Both the position numbers and the translations under genes were made by a program. The notes under the pieces are model-generated. The model did no database searches. It had not been told where the DNA came from and was given only the letters and a program-made list of their open reading frames with translations. Below are positions 47,249 to 58,530 of a stretch of 64,000 nt of DNA, piece by piece. Origin of the DNA: Nitrosopumilaceae archaeon (GTDB lineage: Archaea > Thermoproteota > Nitrososphaeria > Nitrososphaerales > Nitrosopumilaceae); NCBI GenBank assembly GCA_965209085.1, contig OZ242376.1:1024001-1088000 (forward strand), read 5' to 3'. Within the stretch, counting starts at the first letter, position 1; each line of letters starts with the position of its first letter.

Positions 47249-48192
47249 ACAACGAAGAGAATATAATCAATTGTCCAGAGTGCTCGTCAAAACTGTTAGA
47301 TGACGTGTACAAAGGAGAAATAGTCTGCTCAGGCTGCGGCATAGTCGTAGAAGAGCAGACTGCAGACCATGGACCAGAATCCATAAGCTCTGATCCAAGC
47401 GAACGCATGAAACTTGCGCGCGCTACAGGACAGACAACCTATTCACAGCACGACTACGGGATCAGCACCAGCATCTCCATGGGAACAAAAGACTTTAGCG
47501 GCAAGTCAATAAACGCGGCAATGTCAAACAAGATGAAAACACTGCGAACATGGCAGGATCGCATAAGAGTTTCCACTCCAAAAGAGAGAAGACTTGCAAG
47601 CGTACTGACAAAAATAGGCAGTGCATGCGAGAGCATGTCACTCCCGTACAACATACGCGAAACAGCGTCCGTGATATACCGAAATCTCAACGACAAGATG
47701 GAGGTAAAGGGCAAGTCTGTTGTTTGCATGTCAGCAGCGGTGATATTCACCGCATGCAGGCAGTGCGGAACGATCAGATCCATTGATGAGATCTGCAAGA
47801 GCATGTGCGAATCAAACGACGTAAAAGCAAAGGCAAAACTTGCCACAAAATACTATCGCAACATGGTAATCGAAATTGGTACAACCATGGCTCCCAGCAC
47901 CTCGATAAACACCTACATATCCAGAATTGCAAACGTTGCAAAGATTGACGCCCGTGTGGAAAGAACGGCTCTTGAACTAGCCGAGAAAATGGGCAAGGGC
48001 GGTGTAATGGACGGTAAAGCGCCAAACGGCATAGCGGCAGCCTACCTGTACATTGCGACCAATCTGCTTGGGCACAAGATGGTTCAAAGGGAAATCTCAA
48101 ACACTGCAAACATAACAGAGGTTACCATACGCAGTAGGTGTAAGGAAATGCTAGAGCATTACAAATTACAAATAACGCTTCGAGCAGTCTAG
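47245..48192 (+). CDS. tfb: Transcription initiation factor IIB (TFB paralog)
   Basis: CPEC...GEIVCSGCG zinc ribbon, LRTWQDRIR, GKAPNGIAAA, ITEVTIRSRCKE. Confidence 0.93.
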   Translation: MNNEENIINCPECSSKLLDDVYKGEIVCSGCGIVVEEQTADHGPESISSDPSERMKLARATGQTTYSQHDYGISTSISMGTKDFSGKSINAAMSNKMKTLRTWQDRIRVSTPKERRLASVLTKIGSACESMSLPYNIRETASVIYRNLNDKMEVKGKSVVCMSAAVIFTACRQCGTIRSIDEICKSMCESNDVKAKAKLATKYYRNMVIEIGTTMAPSTSINTYISRIANVAKIDARVERTALELAEKMGKGGVMDGKAPNGIAAAYLYIATNLLGHKMVQREISNTANITEVTIRSRCKEMLEHYKLQITLRAV

Positions 48193-48199
48193 TCTGCCA

Positions 48200-48218
48200 T
48201 TTTATTTTTTTATTTTTT
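48200..48218 (+). terminator. T-rich archaeal terminator after the rps8e-tfb run
   Basis: TTTTATTTTTTATTTTTT just after the tfb stop. Confidence 0.5.
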
Positions 48219-48288
48219 AGATTCCCCAGTGGAACCTATTAGGAGCAGCTAAAATCCACTTATCTTATATACGAATAAAAATTTATTC

Positions 48289-49077
48289 ATGATAATGGCA
48301 GAATTGGAGATTAAAGATCTGCGCGTTGAATGTGAAGGCAAGGAGATTCTCAAAGGGGTAAATCTTAAGACAGGTTCCGGACAGGTGCATGCAATAATGG
48401 GTCCAAACGGTTCTGGTAAAAGCACCCTTGCATACACGCTTTTAGCCCATCCAAAATACAAAGTCACCAGCGGGGACATACTGCTTGATGGTGAAAGCAT
48501 TTTGGATCTTAGAGCTGATGAGAGGGCAAGAAAAGGATTGTTTTTGGGATTCCAATATCCCACCGAAGTTTCCGGTGTCGGTTTTTCACATTTTCTACGC
48601 ACATCATACAATTCACTTAGCAAAGCTTTGCAGGGAGATGATCGCGAAGTGTTCATTACCGTACGAGAGTTTCAAAAATATCTAAAAGAAAATCTTGCCA
48701 AAGTTGGATTGCGCGATGAGTTTTTGACAAGATATCTAAACGAGGGATTTTCCGGCGGCGAAAAGAAACGCTCAGAGGTACTTCAAATGGCAGTTATAAA
48801 ACCCAAAATATCCATACTAGATGAGCCAGATTCCGGACTTGACGTTGATGCTGTCCAATCAGTTGCCAAAGCAATCAGCGATGTCTCCAGCAAGGATTCA
48901 ACTATAATTATAATTACACACTATGCGCGCATTTTAAAATTTCTTAAAAAATTAGACTATGTGCACGTGTTTGCACATGGTAGAGTCGTAAAAAGCGGCG
49001 ATGCATCATTGGCAGACAAGCTCGACGAGAAAGGATACGACTGGGTTTTAAAGGAATTTGCACAAATTTCAGATTAA
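48289..49077 (+). CDS. sufC: Fe-S cluster assembly ATPase SufC
   Basis: MGPNGSGKST, LNEGFSGGEKKR, LDEPDSGLD, IITHY. Confidence 0.93.
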   Translation: MIMAELEIKDLRVECEGKEILKGVNLKTGSGQVHAIMGPNGSGKSTLAYTLLAHPKYKVTSGDILLDGESILDLRADERARKGLFLGFQYPTEVSGVGFSHFLRTSYNSLSKALQGDDREVFITVREFQKYLKENLAKVGLRDEFLTRYLNEGFSGGEKKRSEVLQMAVIKPKISILDEPDSGLDVDAVQSVAKAISDVSSKDSTIIIITHYARILKFLKKLDYVHVFAHGRVVKSGDASLADKLDEKGYDWVLKEFAQISD

Positions 49078-51560
49078 TTTTGCGCCATCTGTTGCGTGCG
49101 ACATGAGCGTCTCTTTCGGAGTGCAACATATATCATTATTGTAGCAAAGAGCGCAGCTAGTGCAAGGAATAGCCAGGAATTTTCCCCACCATCATCATAT
49201 TCATACACGGTGTTTTCTGGTATAATTTCTGGCAGTGCGGATGCTGAATCCACTGCAAGAAAGTTTACCGTATGCGATGCGGTCCGCAGTACAGAATCAG
49301 ATAGTGCAAAGAGTGCAATATCTCCTGCCCCCTGTGCAAACGAGGCAGTGCTGTTTGCTCCAAGTTTTACAGAGGCAGAATTTGAATCCACTAGCACCTC
49401 TCCGGTCTCTGCAAGATTTCCCCTAGCATCAGTTACATAGTAGCGTATGCTATCTGCATTTTCAACGCGTACTGTGATTTCAGATTTTGTGCCGCGTTCA
49501 ATTACCTGCGGCCAGTCAACATCCAGAATTTTTGGCACCATGCTCTCTTCAAATCCGCCCATCTCATATGCTGCAAAAGGATACCCATCATCAAACGATG
49601 ATATTCGTATGGTTCTAGATTCTGGCGTATACCCGTCAAGACGGTACGGACCGTTTCCTATTACAGCATGTTTGTTCTCAGTTATCCACTGATCTGATGC
49701 GCCATATCTTTCCGCACGGTATTCAGCACTTGTGTATCCGGCCAGGAACGGATGCACAAAATCGGATTTTGAGAATTTTTGCAGATATTCTTGTATAAGA
49801 TAGGCATCTTTTTGAATTATCATTGAAAGCCATCCGGTGTTGCCGCTTATGGCACCGGATTTTGAAAACGACGCCTTGTTATCAGATACAATCTCTTCCA
49901 TTGCAGCGTTTAGCTCCCATGGAACCGAGGGCCAAACGCTGGCCCATGATGCAATCTCTGAATCATCAAAATGCCAGTAATCCACATACACTTCCAGAGT
50001 ATCAGAATCCACCTGTTTGACGCCTTTAAGGGTCTGCACGTACGGGCCGGCCCTTGCCGTAAACTCTGAATCCTTGTGCAGATCATCAGAACCTGCATCA
50101 TGACCCCATTCGTATATAAAATAAACAGAATACAGCACATCTGTCATGTCAACTGCTCTGCCATTATGCCATTTGCCAAAAACATAATCCAACGTCACCT
50201 TGCTTGTCGCAGTGGTATCAAGGCGGACGTTTGTCCATTTTTTATCCACCACATCCCAGTATACGGCATCAGTTGGAACCGGCAGCGATGATTCAAGACC
50301 GGCAGTCTCCACATCCCATACAGTCCGAAGCGGAAGTATTTGGCCAGTATATGGATGACGAAATGATGCCGGATCAGAGAGAACGCCCCAGATGTAACTT
50401 GAATAATAGTCAGTAAAACCCACCACAGGATTCCACGAACCCTGATAAATTTGCTTAACGCCAATGCGCATCTTGTCAGAATCGGTTTTAGCGTTTATCA
50501 GCGAGAGCCTAGTTGGAATTCCGGCACCAAAATCATTTACCAGTCCGTCCACCCCTTTGGATGCAGCATACAAATCGTTTTTGGCAGCGACAAATATTCT
50601 AACAGCCTCGCGCACTCCCTCATCGGTGGCAGCCCGCATAAGGTCTGCCCGCTCAGATTTTGATGCAAAATTGCCAGCATATATGACCTGTGTGAGGTTG
50701 TCCAGCAGTTTGTTTTCATAGTTCCAGTATCCAGGATTGTTAAAGCCCGGCATGTTTGAAAACCACGGCGAATACATTTGTGCAAGTCCTGTTTGATCGT
50801 ATTTTACAAGCGCCGTTGAGGCACCCCATCCTTCCGTGTATACGGACCATTCAAGATTTGCAGGATCGGATCCGTATACTGTAACAAACGCCTTGTTTAA
50901 ATCCCCATAATCGCGCTTCACTGCAAATCCAAGCCTCTCCAAATCCGTTGCAAGTATATCACCCATTGATTTCCGTATTGAATCATCGCTCCGGATAAAG
51001 ACGCGTATTGTAACATCCTGGCCATCAAACATCCATACGCCATCATGCAGAATAGCTCCCGCATCAGACATTGCCAAGTGTATGATTTTTTTTGCAAGCT
51101 GCGGATCGTATTGAAAGTTTATCGACTGTATCTTATCCAATATGGTCAGATAGTCCGGATTGTGCGGACCGTAATTTGAAACCATCACGGTGCCGTACCC
51201 CCCCATCAGCTCATTTACAATCAGTTTTCTGTCAATCAGATAGTTTAGCGCATACCTTACATCCCGCATTGAAAACGGGTTGAATGTTTCAGAATCGGCA
51301 GGATTTACCAATATGCTGTAAAACCCTCCAGGCGATTCAAAGACTTGCAGATTTTCCCGGTATGAGGGATCCTCTAGGCGCTCGGATGGAATTCGAAAAT
51401 AATACGTGTCCAAATTTCCTGCGGCAATCTCCTCCAATGCAGTATTCTCGTCAAGATATTGGACAAACTCTACGCGCTCAAGATACGTCCCTTTTTCAGC
51501 ACATGCTGCAGGCACTGTAATCATTCCAAGTATGGTAATATACAGAATATACGTTTTCAT
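49074..51560 (-). CDS. Peptide/nickel-type ABC transporter substrate-binding protein (family 5) with C-terminal anchor
   Basis: Signal peptide, NPFSMRDVRYALNYLIDR, KWHNG, IGNGPYRL, C-terminal TM helix + RKRR. Confidence 0.8.
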   Translation of the reverse strand: MKTYILYITILGMITVPAACAEKGTYLERVEFVQYLDENTALEEIAAGNLDTYYFRIPSERLEDPSYRENLQVFESPGGFYSILVNPADSETFNPFSMRDVRYALNYLIDRKLIVNELMGGYGTVMVSNYGPHNPDYLTILDKIQSINFQYDPQLAKKIIHLAMSDAGAILHDGVWMFDGQDVTIRVFIRSDDSIRKSMGDILATDLERLGFAVKRDYGDLNKAFVTVYGSDPANLEWSVYTEGWGASTALVKYDQTGLAQMYSPWFSNMPGFNNPGYWNYENKLLDNLTQVIYAGNFASKSERADLMRAATDEGVREAVRIFVAAKNDLYAASKGVDGLVNDFGAGIPTRLSLINAKTDSDKMRIGVKQIYQGSWNPVVGFTDYYSSYIWGVLSDPASFRHPYTGQILPLRTVWDVETAGLESSLPVPTDAVYWDVVDKKWTNVRLDTTATSKVTLDYVFGKWHNGRAVDMTDVLYSVYFIYEWGHDAGSDDLHKDSEFTARAGPYVQTLKGVKQVDSDTLEVYVDYWHFDDSEIASWASVWPSVPWELNAAMEEIVSDNKASFSKSGAISGNTGWLSMIIQKDAYLIQEYLQKFSKSDFVHPFLAGYTSAEYRAERYGASDQWITENKHAVIGNGPYRLDGYTPESRTIRISSFDDGYPFAAYEMGGFEESMVPKILDVDWPQVIERGTKSEITVRVENADSIRYYVTDARGNLAETGEVLVDSNSASVKLGANSTASFAQGAGDIALFALSDSVLRTASHTVNFLAVDSASALPEIIPENTVYEYDDGGENSWLFLALAALFATIMIYVALRKRRSCRTQQMAQN

Positions 51561-51651
51561 GCATGCACGGATACAGTATCTCGTATATGGGTTTGTCCAT
51601 TTTTTATTTTGCACGCCTACATTTATCTAAACAGCGGATACGATATCGCAT

Positions 51652-52278
51652 ATGATGATGCAAGTTTCAGGACTTTGTGCAATAATTCCCGGCGGCATAT
51701 CTGCAGAAGATTATGCCATAGTTGTAAATACAGATCATGTTAGTGCAAAATCAGTACTGCTAGACCTAGTTGAGAATCAAATCGGCGTGCAAAATGGCAA
51801 AAGTTTTGAATTCAGTACAGGGGATAAGCTTCGTGCCGCGATGCTTTGTCTGCAAAGGGGTGCTGTAATTGATGAGATTGCCCAAAATCTGAACTGGAGG
51901 GATTTTGAAGGACTGATATCGGAGATACTCTTAGAGGCGGGTTTTGCCACAATACGCAACCACATAATGAAAAACCCCCGCAGGGAGATTGACGTGGTCG
52001 GAATAAAGATGGGTGTTGCCATGACAATTGACTGTAAGCACTGGAAAAGAGCCCCAGTATCAGCCCTTGCCACTGCAGCATCAAAGCAGACAGAGCGCGC
52101 AAAACAGTACGTTGCATGCACCAATGGCGCCATTGCAGTTCCAGTAATAGTTACCCTGTATGATGATGATGTGACATTTTGTGCAAAGGTGCCCATAGTA
52201 CCGGTGCACAGATTTGCACCATTTGTAGATGAGTTTTACGGAAATTTGGAAAAGATGAACGTTATAGAAAAAAGCTAG
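51652..52278 (+). CDS. Mrr-like restriction-endonuclease-fold protein
   Basis: WRDFEGLISEIL...GF, EIDVVG...IDCKHW (PD-(D/E)XK). Confidence 0.75.
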   Translation: MMMQVSGLCAIIPGGISAEDYAIVVNTDHVSAKSVLLDLVENQIGVQNGKSFEFSTGDKLRAAMLCLQRGAVIDEIAQNLNWRDFEGLISEILLEAGFATIRNHIMKNPRREIDVVGIKMGVAMTIDCKHWKRAPVSALATAASKQTERAKQYVACTNGAIAVPVIVTLYDDDVTFCAKVPIVPVHRFAPFVDEFYGNLEKMNVIEKS

Positions 52279-54010
52279 TGATGAATAATGCAAATGATAC
52301 TGATGCGTGTATTGCCGTTAGTTTTAAGGAATTGGACACTGCCATTCTAAAATGCGTGAATATCTTTGATCCCATTATTGAAACATGCACACTCCCTTCT
52401 AGAATTTCAAATGACGCAGGCTGCACTGAATCGCGCGCGATTTTGGCAATCTGCATGTACCATTCAGATATGTTCTCTTTGGGTGTGAGCAGTCCAAACT
52501 GATGGTAGCCCTGTCTTGTCCGCACCAGTTTGTGGGAAAAATGTGTATCAGATGTGCACGTTTCAAGCAGGCAATATCCGCTCTCTGAGAAATTTTTTAC
52601 GATAAACTCGCGCACGCCGTTTTCCATATTGTTTGAATCAGACCACCCAATGTGGTATTCGGTGCCGTTTATCCGAAGGCATAAAATTCCAATCCCGCCG
52701 TTTGCAAGATCTGGCGCATTAAGGTTCATTGACGCAGAATTTGCATATCCAAATTCAAGCGGATATGCCGGTTTTGAGATCAAATCATCAAGACACGAGC
52801 GTGCCGCCTTTATCATGTCTTCAGAATCAGATCCTGATATTTCATCACCCATTGCGTTGTGGCAGTCAACCACAAGCGTTCGCTCAAAGCCGCGGTTTTT
52901 AGAGTACTGTCGGATTTGGTTCTGTATCGAGCCTGGCAGATCTTCGGTGCCAAACGGCGAGAGTGAGAGGAATAATACTGCGTTTTTTCCAAACAAAATC
53001 CCGGTAACTCTTGCGCGGTTTATCTGCACTGTTATAGGTTCAGTACAGGTTGCACCTGTATCTGAAATGGAGCATTTTGAGAGGCTAGAGACGTAATTTT
53101 CTACATGCTCAGCTGAAGGCAGATTCATCGCATGATCTGATATGCTGTGCATTACCATCGCCTGAGAATCAAGACTTTTGTATATCGTATAAGGGATGTT
53201 GCTTCCCCCCACGGGATGGTAAGGTCCTGGATGTATACCAGGAAAGACTAGGCGAATTTCCGAATCCCCCCCGTTGGATTTGAGATTGACCTGCGCTGTG
53301 TTAACTTGCGATGGTTTGGACCATTCTTCAAGTATGCTTTCCACATCCCCAAGATCACCGGACCTTGAACGAATATAGGCCTGCACAAGACGATGCGTAC
53401 TTTGTATGTGCGGTCTGCCGGCACGATCCGTAAGATATGACCATACTGCTGCAATTGCAAAAAACGCTCCGCCGTATCCCAGTGTTATGGGATGTACTAT
53501 CGCCAATGCCCAGGAATCTATAGGAATCATTACTGCAAATACTGCAACAGGCTGCAGTATTGCAATGGCCCACGCCTTGCGGGCAGGAACACCAAGCGTG
53601 GTTGTAAGCATACCCAGTCTAAATGCTATGAAAATCATCATGCCCAATCCCACATAATGCACCGGCGGGGCATCAAATGAGAGTATTCTAACAGCCGCCA
53701 ATCCAGAAAGCAGTATCAAGGCCCAAAGAAGGCTTCCGTACAATGACTGGTGCAGTGCCTTTGAATATTCTTTTTTTGCAATCAGTCTTGAATCTATTAT
53801 CTGTGTTATTCCAAGTATTCCAAGTCCGCTCACAAGATATGGCACAATCTGCGCGATTTCCCCTATTCCATACCAGACATGGGACATTGTTATCACGCAT
53901 GTCATTATGGCCATCGAGATTGCAAGGGATATCCAGTATGATGACGGGGTTACAAGCGTTATAGAATACTTGTTATGCAGCCTTGATACATCGTCAGAAG
54001 AATCGACCAT
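52262..54010 (-). CDS. DUF2070-family membrane protein
   Basis: About 6 N-terminal TM helices, HPGPY..VGGSN, VDCHN, DSNNM, TSDTH. Confidence 0.75.
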   Translation of the reverse strand: MVDSSDDVSRLHNKYSITLVTPSSYWISLAISMAIMTCVITMSHVWYGIGEIAQIVPYLVSGLGILGITQIIDSRLIAKKEYSKALHQSLYGSLLWALILLSGLAAVRILSFDAPPVHYVGLGMMIFIAFRLGMLTTTLGVPARKAWAIAILQPVAVFAVMIPIDSWALAIVHPITLGYGGAFFAIAAVWSYLTDRAGRPHIQSTHRLVQAYIRSRSGDLGDVESILEEWSKPSQVNTAQVNLKSNGGDSEIRLVFPGIHPGPYHPVGGSNIPYTIYKSLDSQAMVMHSISDHAMNLPSAEHVENYVSSLSKCSISDTGATCTEPITVQINRARVTGILFGKNAVLFLSLSPFGTEDLPGSIQNQIRQYSKNRGFERTLVVDCHNAMGDEISGSDSEDMIKAARSCLDDLISKPAYPLEFGYANSASMNLNAPDLANGGIGILCLRINGTEYHIGWSDSNNMENGVREFIVKNFSESGYCLLETCTSDTHFSHKLVRTRQGYHQFGLLTPKENISEWYMQIAKIARDSVQPASFEILEGSVHVSIMGSKIFTHFRMAVSNSLKLTAIHASVSFALFITSFFL

Positions 54011-54015
54011 TTGCC

Positions 54016-54183
54016 TCACGGTATAAGGAATATGTCAAGCAACCACGAGAGAACGATCAGGCTTATTGGCATTGTTACGACTATTTTTGGAGAGATTTTT
54101 ACCCCTTTGGTCTCATCCTCAAAGAACCGTAACAGTCCAGCGCCCGAAGCCGGAAGCGGGGCACTGTTTTTCTTGCTACTCAT
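54016..54183 (-). CDS. secG: Preprotein translocase subunit Sec61-beta (55 aa, not in the ORF track)
   Basis: MSSKKNSAPLPASGAGLLRFFEDETKGVKISPKIVV...; AGLLRFF signature plus one TM helix. Confidence 0.88.
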   Translation of the reverse strand: MSSKKNSAPLPASGAGLLRFFEDETKGVKISPKIVVTMPISLIVLSWLLDIFLIP

Positions 54184-54230
54184 ACGGTTTGAAGCAATCT
54201 AGGTGCATTAAAAACTTTGGGCATGCCGGA

Positions 54231-55391
54231 GCTCTGTCCATGAATGAGCATTTTTTATAAAATCCGATCAAATTCATTCAAAATTATATAACATGTTCAC
54301 CAATTCACCATTATCAAGCCCTGCTCATCTTGTCAGTATTGCAAATATTGGGTTTTAGAGTATAGCACACGCTAGGATCATATCTGACACAAAGTGTCAG
54401 AATCTAGACTGCGGCAGCTAGAATGTGAATATTATAACACAAGACAAAAAAGCCCAATTCAATTTTCTGTGTTGCAAATTTGCGGGTACTCGGAGTGGAT
54501 GAAAACCTTCTCTTCATGGATGAAAACGTGGCCTCTACGTTGCTGCGTTTGTAGTATATGGATGGAAATTCATCAGGATTATCACGATGCCATCGAAGCA
54601 TTTTTCCCATTGCGTCAAATCCACGTACACGAACACCTTTTCTTGACATTATTACAGGAATTCGTCCAATCTTTTCTATGAGCGTGCACATGTTGCATGA
54701 AAGATATGCTGCATCAAGCATCACGTGGCCAGAACCGTGCGGCAGTGTGTCATATATTTGCTCAAATATTGGTACATCATGGCGTCGTGCATGGGTAATA
54801 TCCTATGATATGATTATGCCGTTTTCAGCAGTTACAATATGCAATTTGCGATAATCCCGTCTTGACCTTGATCCATTTTTTGCATAAAGCCACGTGTTAT
54901 GCCCGTTTATTGCAATTCCTGTAGAATCCCCGTACAGCGTACCTTTCATTCCAGGTCTACCTGCAGAATTTATCATCCATGTGATGAAATGCTCATAAAT
55001 TCTAGTAGATGCTACCTGCAACGCTAACCTTGACGGGACTCTTTTCAAGCCCGGTATTGATAGTAACCGTGATGAATCTTCAAGATAATCTCCAAGTTCA
55101 TCGTATGACAGTTGTTGTATTGTCTTTAGGGCAATACACACAGTCATTCCTAGGGGGTCAAAGCCGGTTTGTCCTAACGGACTTGGTTTCCATGGATTTA
55201 CCCCTTGATTTTTTGCTTTCATTATAATCGAGGTTAACATTTGGTGTGATCTGGCAAGATTTCCTCGTCGTTTGTGCTTTGTTGATTTCATTAAATTGGC
55301 TCGGATCTACTGATCCAAAGCTTTTTCGGTTGTTTACATTCATGATCTAAAAGCTTTATGGTATGTTTTTGATTTTATTCATGGACAGAGC
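54231..55391 (-). mobile_element. IS5/IS4-like insertion sequence (1161 bp); transposase 55291..54404 interrupted by one in-frame TAG
   Basis: Perfect 15-bp TIRs GCTCTGTCCATGAAT (54231-54245) and ATTCATGGACAGAGC (55377-55391); DSTG, KLHI, LDAAY, YYKRSNVEATF motifs. Confidence 0.85.
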
Positions 55392-55519
55392 CGCCAAAAC
55401 TCAAAAAAGGATCACTTTTTAGTCAATTCGTATACGATTTGCATTTATGACTATGCATAGATAAATTTGCGACCCTAGTTTACACACTTATGAATAATTA
55501 GTTTATTAAATTCAATTTA

Positions 55520-55861
55520 TTACTTTTCCAATTTATTTAATCTATTTACTATTTCAGGTATTTCATAAGCATGGAGTTTTGTCATTTCAAATACCTTGTC
55601 ACCTGTTTTTTCAACATTAGATAATAGCCCCTTTGCATCTTTTAGGTCAATTTTTATATGCTCTAATTTCTGATCTACATCATCAAATCTATTAGATACA
55701 TAAACGCTAAACTTTTCAAAACGAGTATTTGCTTGATCTGCATGATCTACAAACGCCTTGTTAATTTGTATAATTAATCCATTAAGATCCTTAATAATTG
55801 CATCCGTTAAATTATCAACCTTTATTTCAAATTGATCTAACCGTTTCTCTATATCAGTCAT
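55520..55861 (-). CDS. AT-rich coiled-coil hypothetical protein
   Basis: 113-aa ATG ORF with heptad-like pattern, located between two IS elements. Confidence 0.65.
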   Translation of the reverse strand: MTDIEKRLDQFEIKVDNLTDAIIKDLNGLIIQINKAFVDHADQANTRFEKFSVYVSNRFDDVDQKLEHIKIDLKDAKGLLSNVEKTGDKVFEMTKLHAYEIPEIVNRLNKLEK

Positions 55862-56058
55862 ATTATTTTAAGATTAGAATTTTCTTTTAAACCTATCTGT
55901 CGGGATTCGTGCCTATGCACCGATAAGTTTACAGAACCGGCATGCCAAAGATGGACTGTGATTGGGTCAGGTACGTCCAACAAGTCCATGGAAATTACAG
56001 ACATTGGAAAACGGTTTTAGCACAATCTTACATGTGTTGGTGAGAGGGCATGCACCCG

Positions 56059-56304
56059 TTATCGGGCATTATAATACAAGATGATTTGATCCTTTGCATC
56101 CCCAAGTATTTCCTTTATTGTGTACACGTATCCGTCAGATTCAACAGAATCTGACCATCTTTGCAGCGTATCAAAACTGCATCCTGTAAATTCTCCAATG
56201 CCAGAATCTCCTCCAAGAATCCATGGATTTGCACATCCAGAAGATATCAATGCAGCAGCTCCAAATAAAAGTGCAAAAAGGACAATTGTTACGCCAATTT
56301 TCAT
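56059..56304 (-). CDS. Small secreted (possibly lipo-) protein
   Basis: MKIGVTIVLFALLFGAAALISSGC: signal peptide ending in a lipobox-like SGC. Confidence 0.55.
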   Translation of the reverse strand: MKIGVTIVLFALLFGAAALISSGCANPWILGGDSGIGEFTGCSFDTLQRWSDSVESDGYVYTIKEILGDAKDQIILYYNAR

Positions 56305-56350
56305 TTTTTTAAGGGGTGTATTTTATTAAATAACTGTTATGGTAACTGTA

Positions 56351-57780
56351 GGTCATATCACAACCTGCCTAATTCTGACATTTTGACTAAAACGATATTA
56401 AAATATCCAAGTTGGCGACAATTTTGATTCCATAGATTTAGATCATCCCACAAAGTGGACGAATTATGAGAAACACCCACGGAGATGATCCACTATGAGT
56501 AAAAAACACTGTAATAAAAATATCAAATGCAGAGACCAAAGAGGCGGATAAAAAAAGGATTGCCAAGAAAACCTGAAAAGCCGTGCTGCATCCATGCTGT
56601 TTGGCCATCTGAGCCAGTTTGCAGTCCCAAAAGAATACAAAAAAGAACTCAAATGCATGAACAAATGTAAGAACGGCAGACGTTACATGTATCCGGACAA
56701 GCTTTTTTGGGTATTATCGGTAATCCAAGCGTGCACAAGTTACTCAAGCTGCACTATTGAAGGGATGGTTAGAAAAGTAATGGATGATGCATCTCCATCT
56801 AGCAGTACGATATACAAACGCATACAGAGATTGGACATTTCTGATAACGGATTGGAAAAGATGGCCCGCATGTGTGGTCTCTTTAAAAACACTTGATCCG
56901 ACAAGGCGCATGAACGGACAGCCTACGATGCTCATCTCTATTGATTCAAGCGGACTGAAACTATCAAAACTTGGATCATGGATAAAAGAAAAATGGGGCA
57001 TATCAAGTCCGTTTCTAAAACTGCATCTTGTCATAAACGTAGAAACGCTTGAAATACTCGATTTTAAGATAACAAAAAGCAACAAGAGTGATGCATCACA
57101 GTTTCCACAGATGATAAGAAAGGCACGCAAAAAGATCAGATGGCAGCTTGCGCACATGATATCTGAGATGGATTCAACTGAAGAGACTGCCAAATACAAA
57201 AACACAATGATGAAAATTCTTGGCGATGGGGCATACGGTACAAAAGAAAATTACAACGTGTGTGACAAACTTTGCATGTCTGGTCTGTTAAAGGTGCGTA
57301 TCAATTCAGCACTGTCAGGCGGCAGTCATGAACGCAATACGGCGGTGCAAGATCAGCTTGGAGGAGATGCAAGCAAGCGTACAATGGATGATGTTTCAAT
57401 ACAAAAACGAAAGGAAAATCTGAAAAAATGGAAAAAAGATATAGAGTATGGAAAAAGATGTCACTCTGAAATTGTTTTTGCAATATTCAAAGAAAGGTTT
57501 GGAGAACATGTACGATCAAGACATATGAAAAACATAAAGCAAGAAATTGGCATGAAAATCCTAGTGTACAATTTGTTAATATGTGCCGTACACTGACACA
57601 AACTGCAATAAGCCTAGCGGACGCTGTATGCAGATGTGTGAATTTTGGAAGATTTTTGTGTAAAATTACGGTTTGATAACAAATGGGTCCGGATATCGAT
57701 GACAGATGTGTGTTTTTGAAATATTTACTGTCATTTTGGATGGAATTTCCAATAGAATTTTCAATAGTTGTGACATGGCC
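56351..57780 (+). mobile_element. IS5-family element (1430 bp) with disrupted transposase
   Basis: Imperfect 14-bp TIRs GGTCATATCACAAC / GTTGTGACATGGCC flanked by TA. IDSSG, KLHL, GDGAY, YGKRCHSE motifs. In-frame TAA near 56549 and a frame change near 56885. Confidence 0.85.
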
Positions 57781-57985
57781 TAGGTAACTGCGTAGTTGTG
57801 TTGTGCAAATGGCACATCTGGGAATAATCATATCCGAGTGATTAGATCGGTTAAAAAAGACTTGTTGCATTACAGGTTTGTATCAATCGTATTTGGCCAT
57901 ATGATCATGTCTAATGTACTAGTCAGGATACGAATGCGTACAATCAAATTTATTCACGATTATAAGTGACGCATACTGTATACTG

Positions 57986-58522
57986 GTGTTGAGTTTTAGA
58001 GCCAACATGCGGCACAAGAGCAAGGCCACATATCTTATCCCGGATTCTGTAGACGAGTCAAAAATTCTCTCCCTAGTATGCGGCAGTATGCTAATAGAGT
58101 TTTCAATACCAGGCAAAGATTACGGGATGATCACGGTGCAAAATACAACGGACAAAGGTTTTGGGGTTCCGTTGGAGTATAAAATAAATGCCTCGGATTT
58201 TGATGTTACCGTTGATGGTTTGCGCGCCGCAATGTTTGTCATGTCCCAAAAATCCCTTCCTGCAAAACAATTCGACTTGGATAATACTTTGCAGTCAAAT
58301 ATGTATAAAAAAACATCCAGTATTGAGAGTTTAAAACGGCGCGGCGGCTCCAAATTTCACATCGCGTATGACCGCGACAGATATTCTGCAGGTCTTCTAG
58401 GAATCGCCCGTGGCAGATGCATCCTTGTTGGATTCATACTGCTTGAGAGATTTGCTGCAAAATCCGGCTCCAAATATGGCAAAACACTGGCACGTTTTGG
58501 TCCAAGCGGATATATTGGATAG
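57986..58522 (+). CDS. Hypothetical protein
   Basis: 178-aa ORF convergent with the next gene; start uncertain. Confidence 0.55.
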   Translation: MLSFRANMRHKSKATYLIPDSVDESKILSLVCGSMLIEFSIPGKDYGMITVQNTTDKGFGVPLEYKINASDFDVTVDGLRAAMFVMSQKSLPAKQFDLDNTLQSNMYKKTSSIESLKRRGGSKFHIAYDRDRYSAGLLGIARGRCILVGFILLERFAAKSGSKYGKTLARFGPSGYIG

Positions 58523-58530
58523 ATTGTAAA

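Noticed and set aside
54803-54805. In-frame TAG in the transposase as pyrrolysine
   Set aside because: No pyl genes seen and several normal genes here end in TAG; a nonsense mutation is simpler.
56880-56896. Programmed -1 frameshift at TTTAAAAAC in the IS5 transposase
   Set aside because: Joining the two ORFs needs a +1 shift, and there is also an upstream in-frame stop; decay is more likely.
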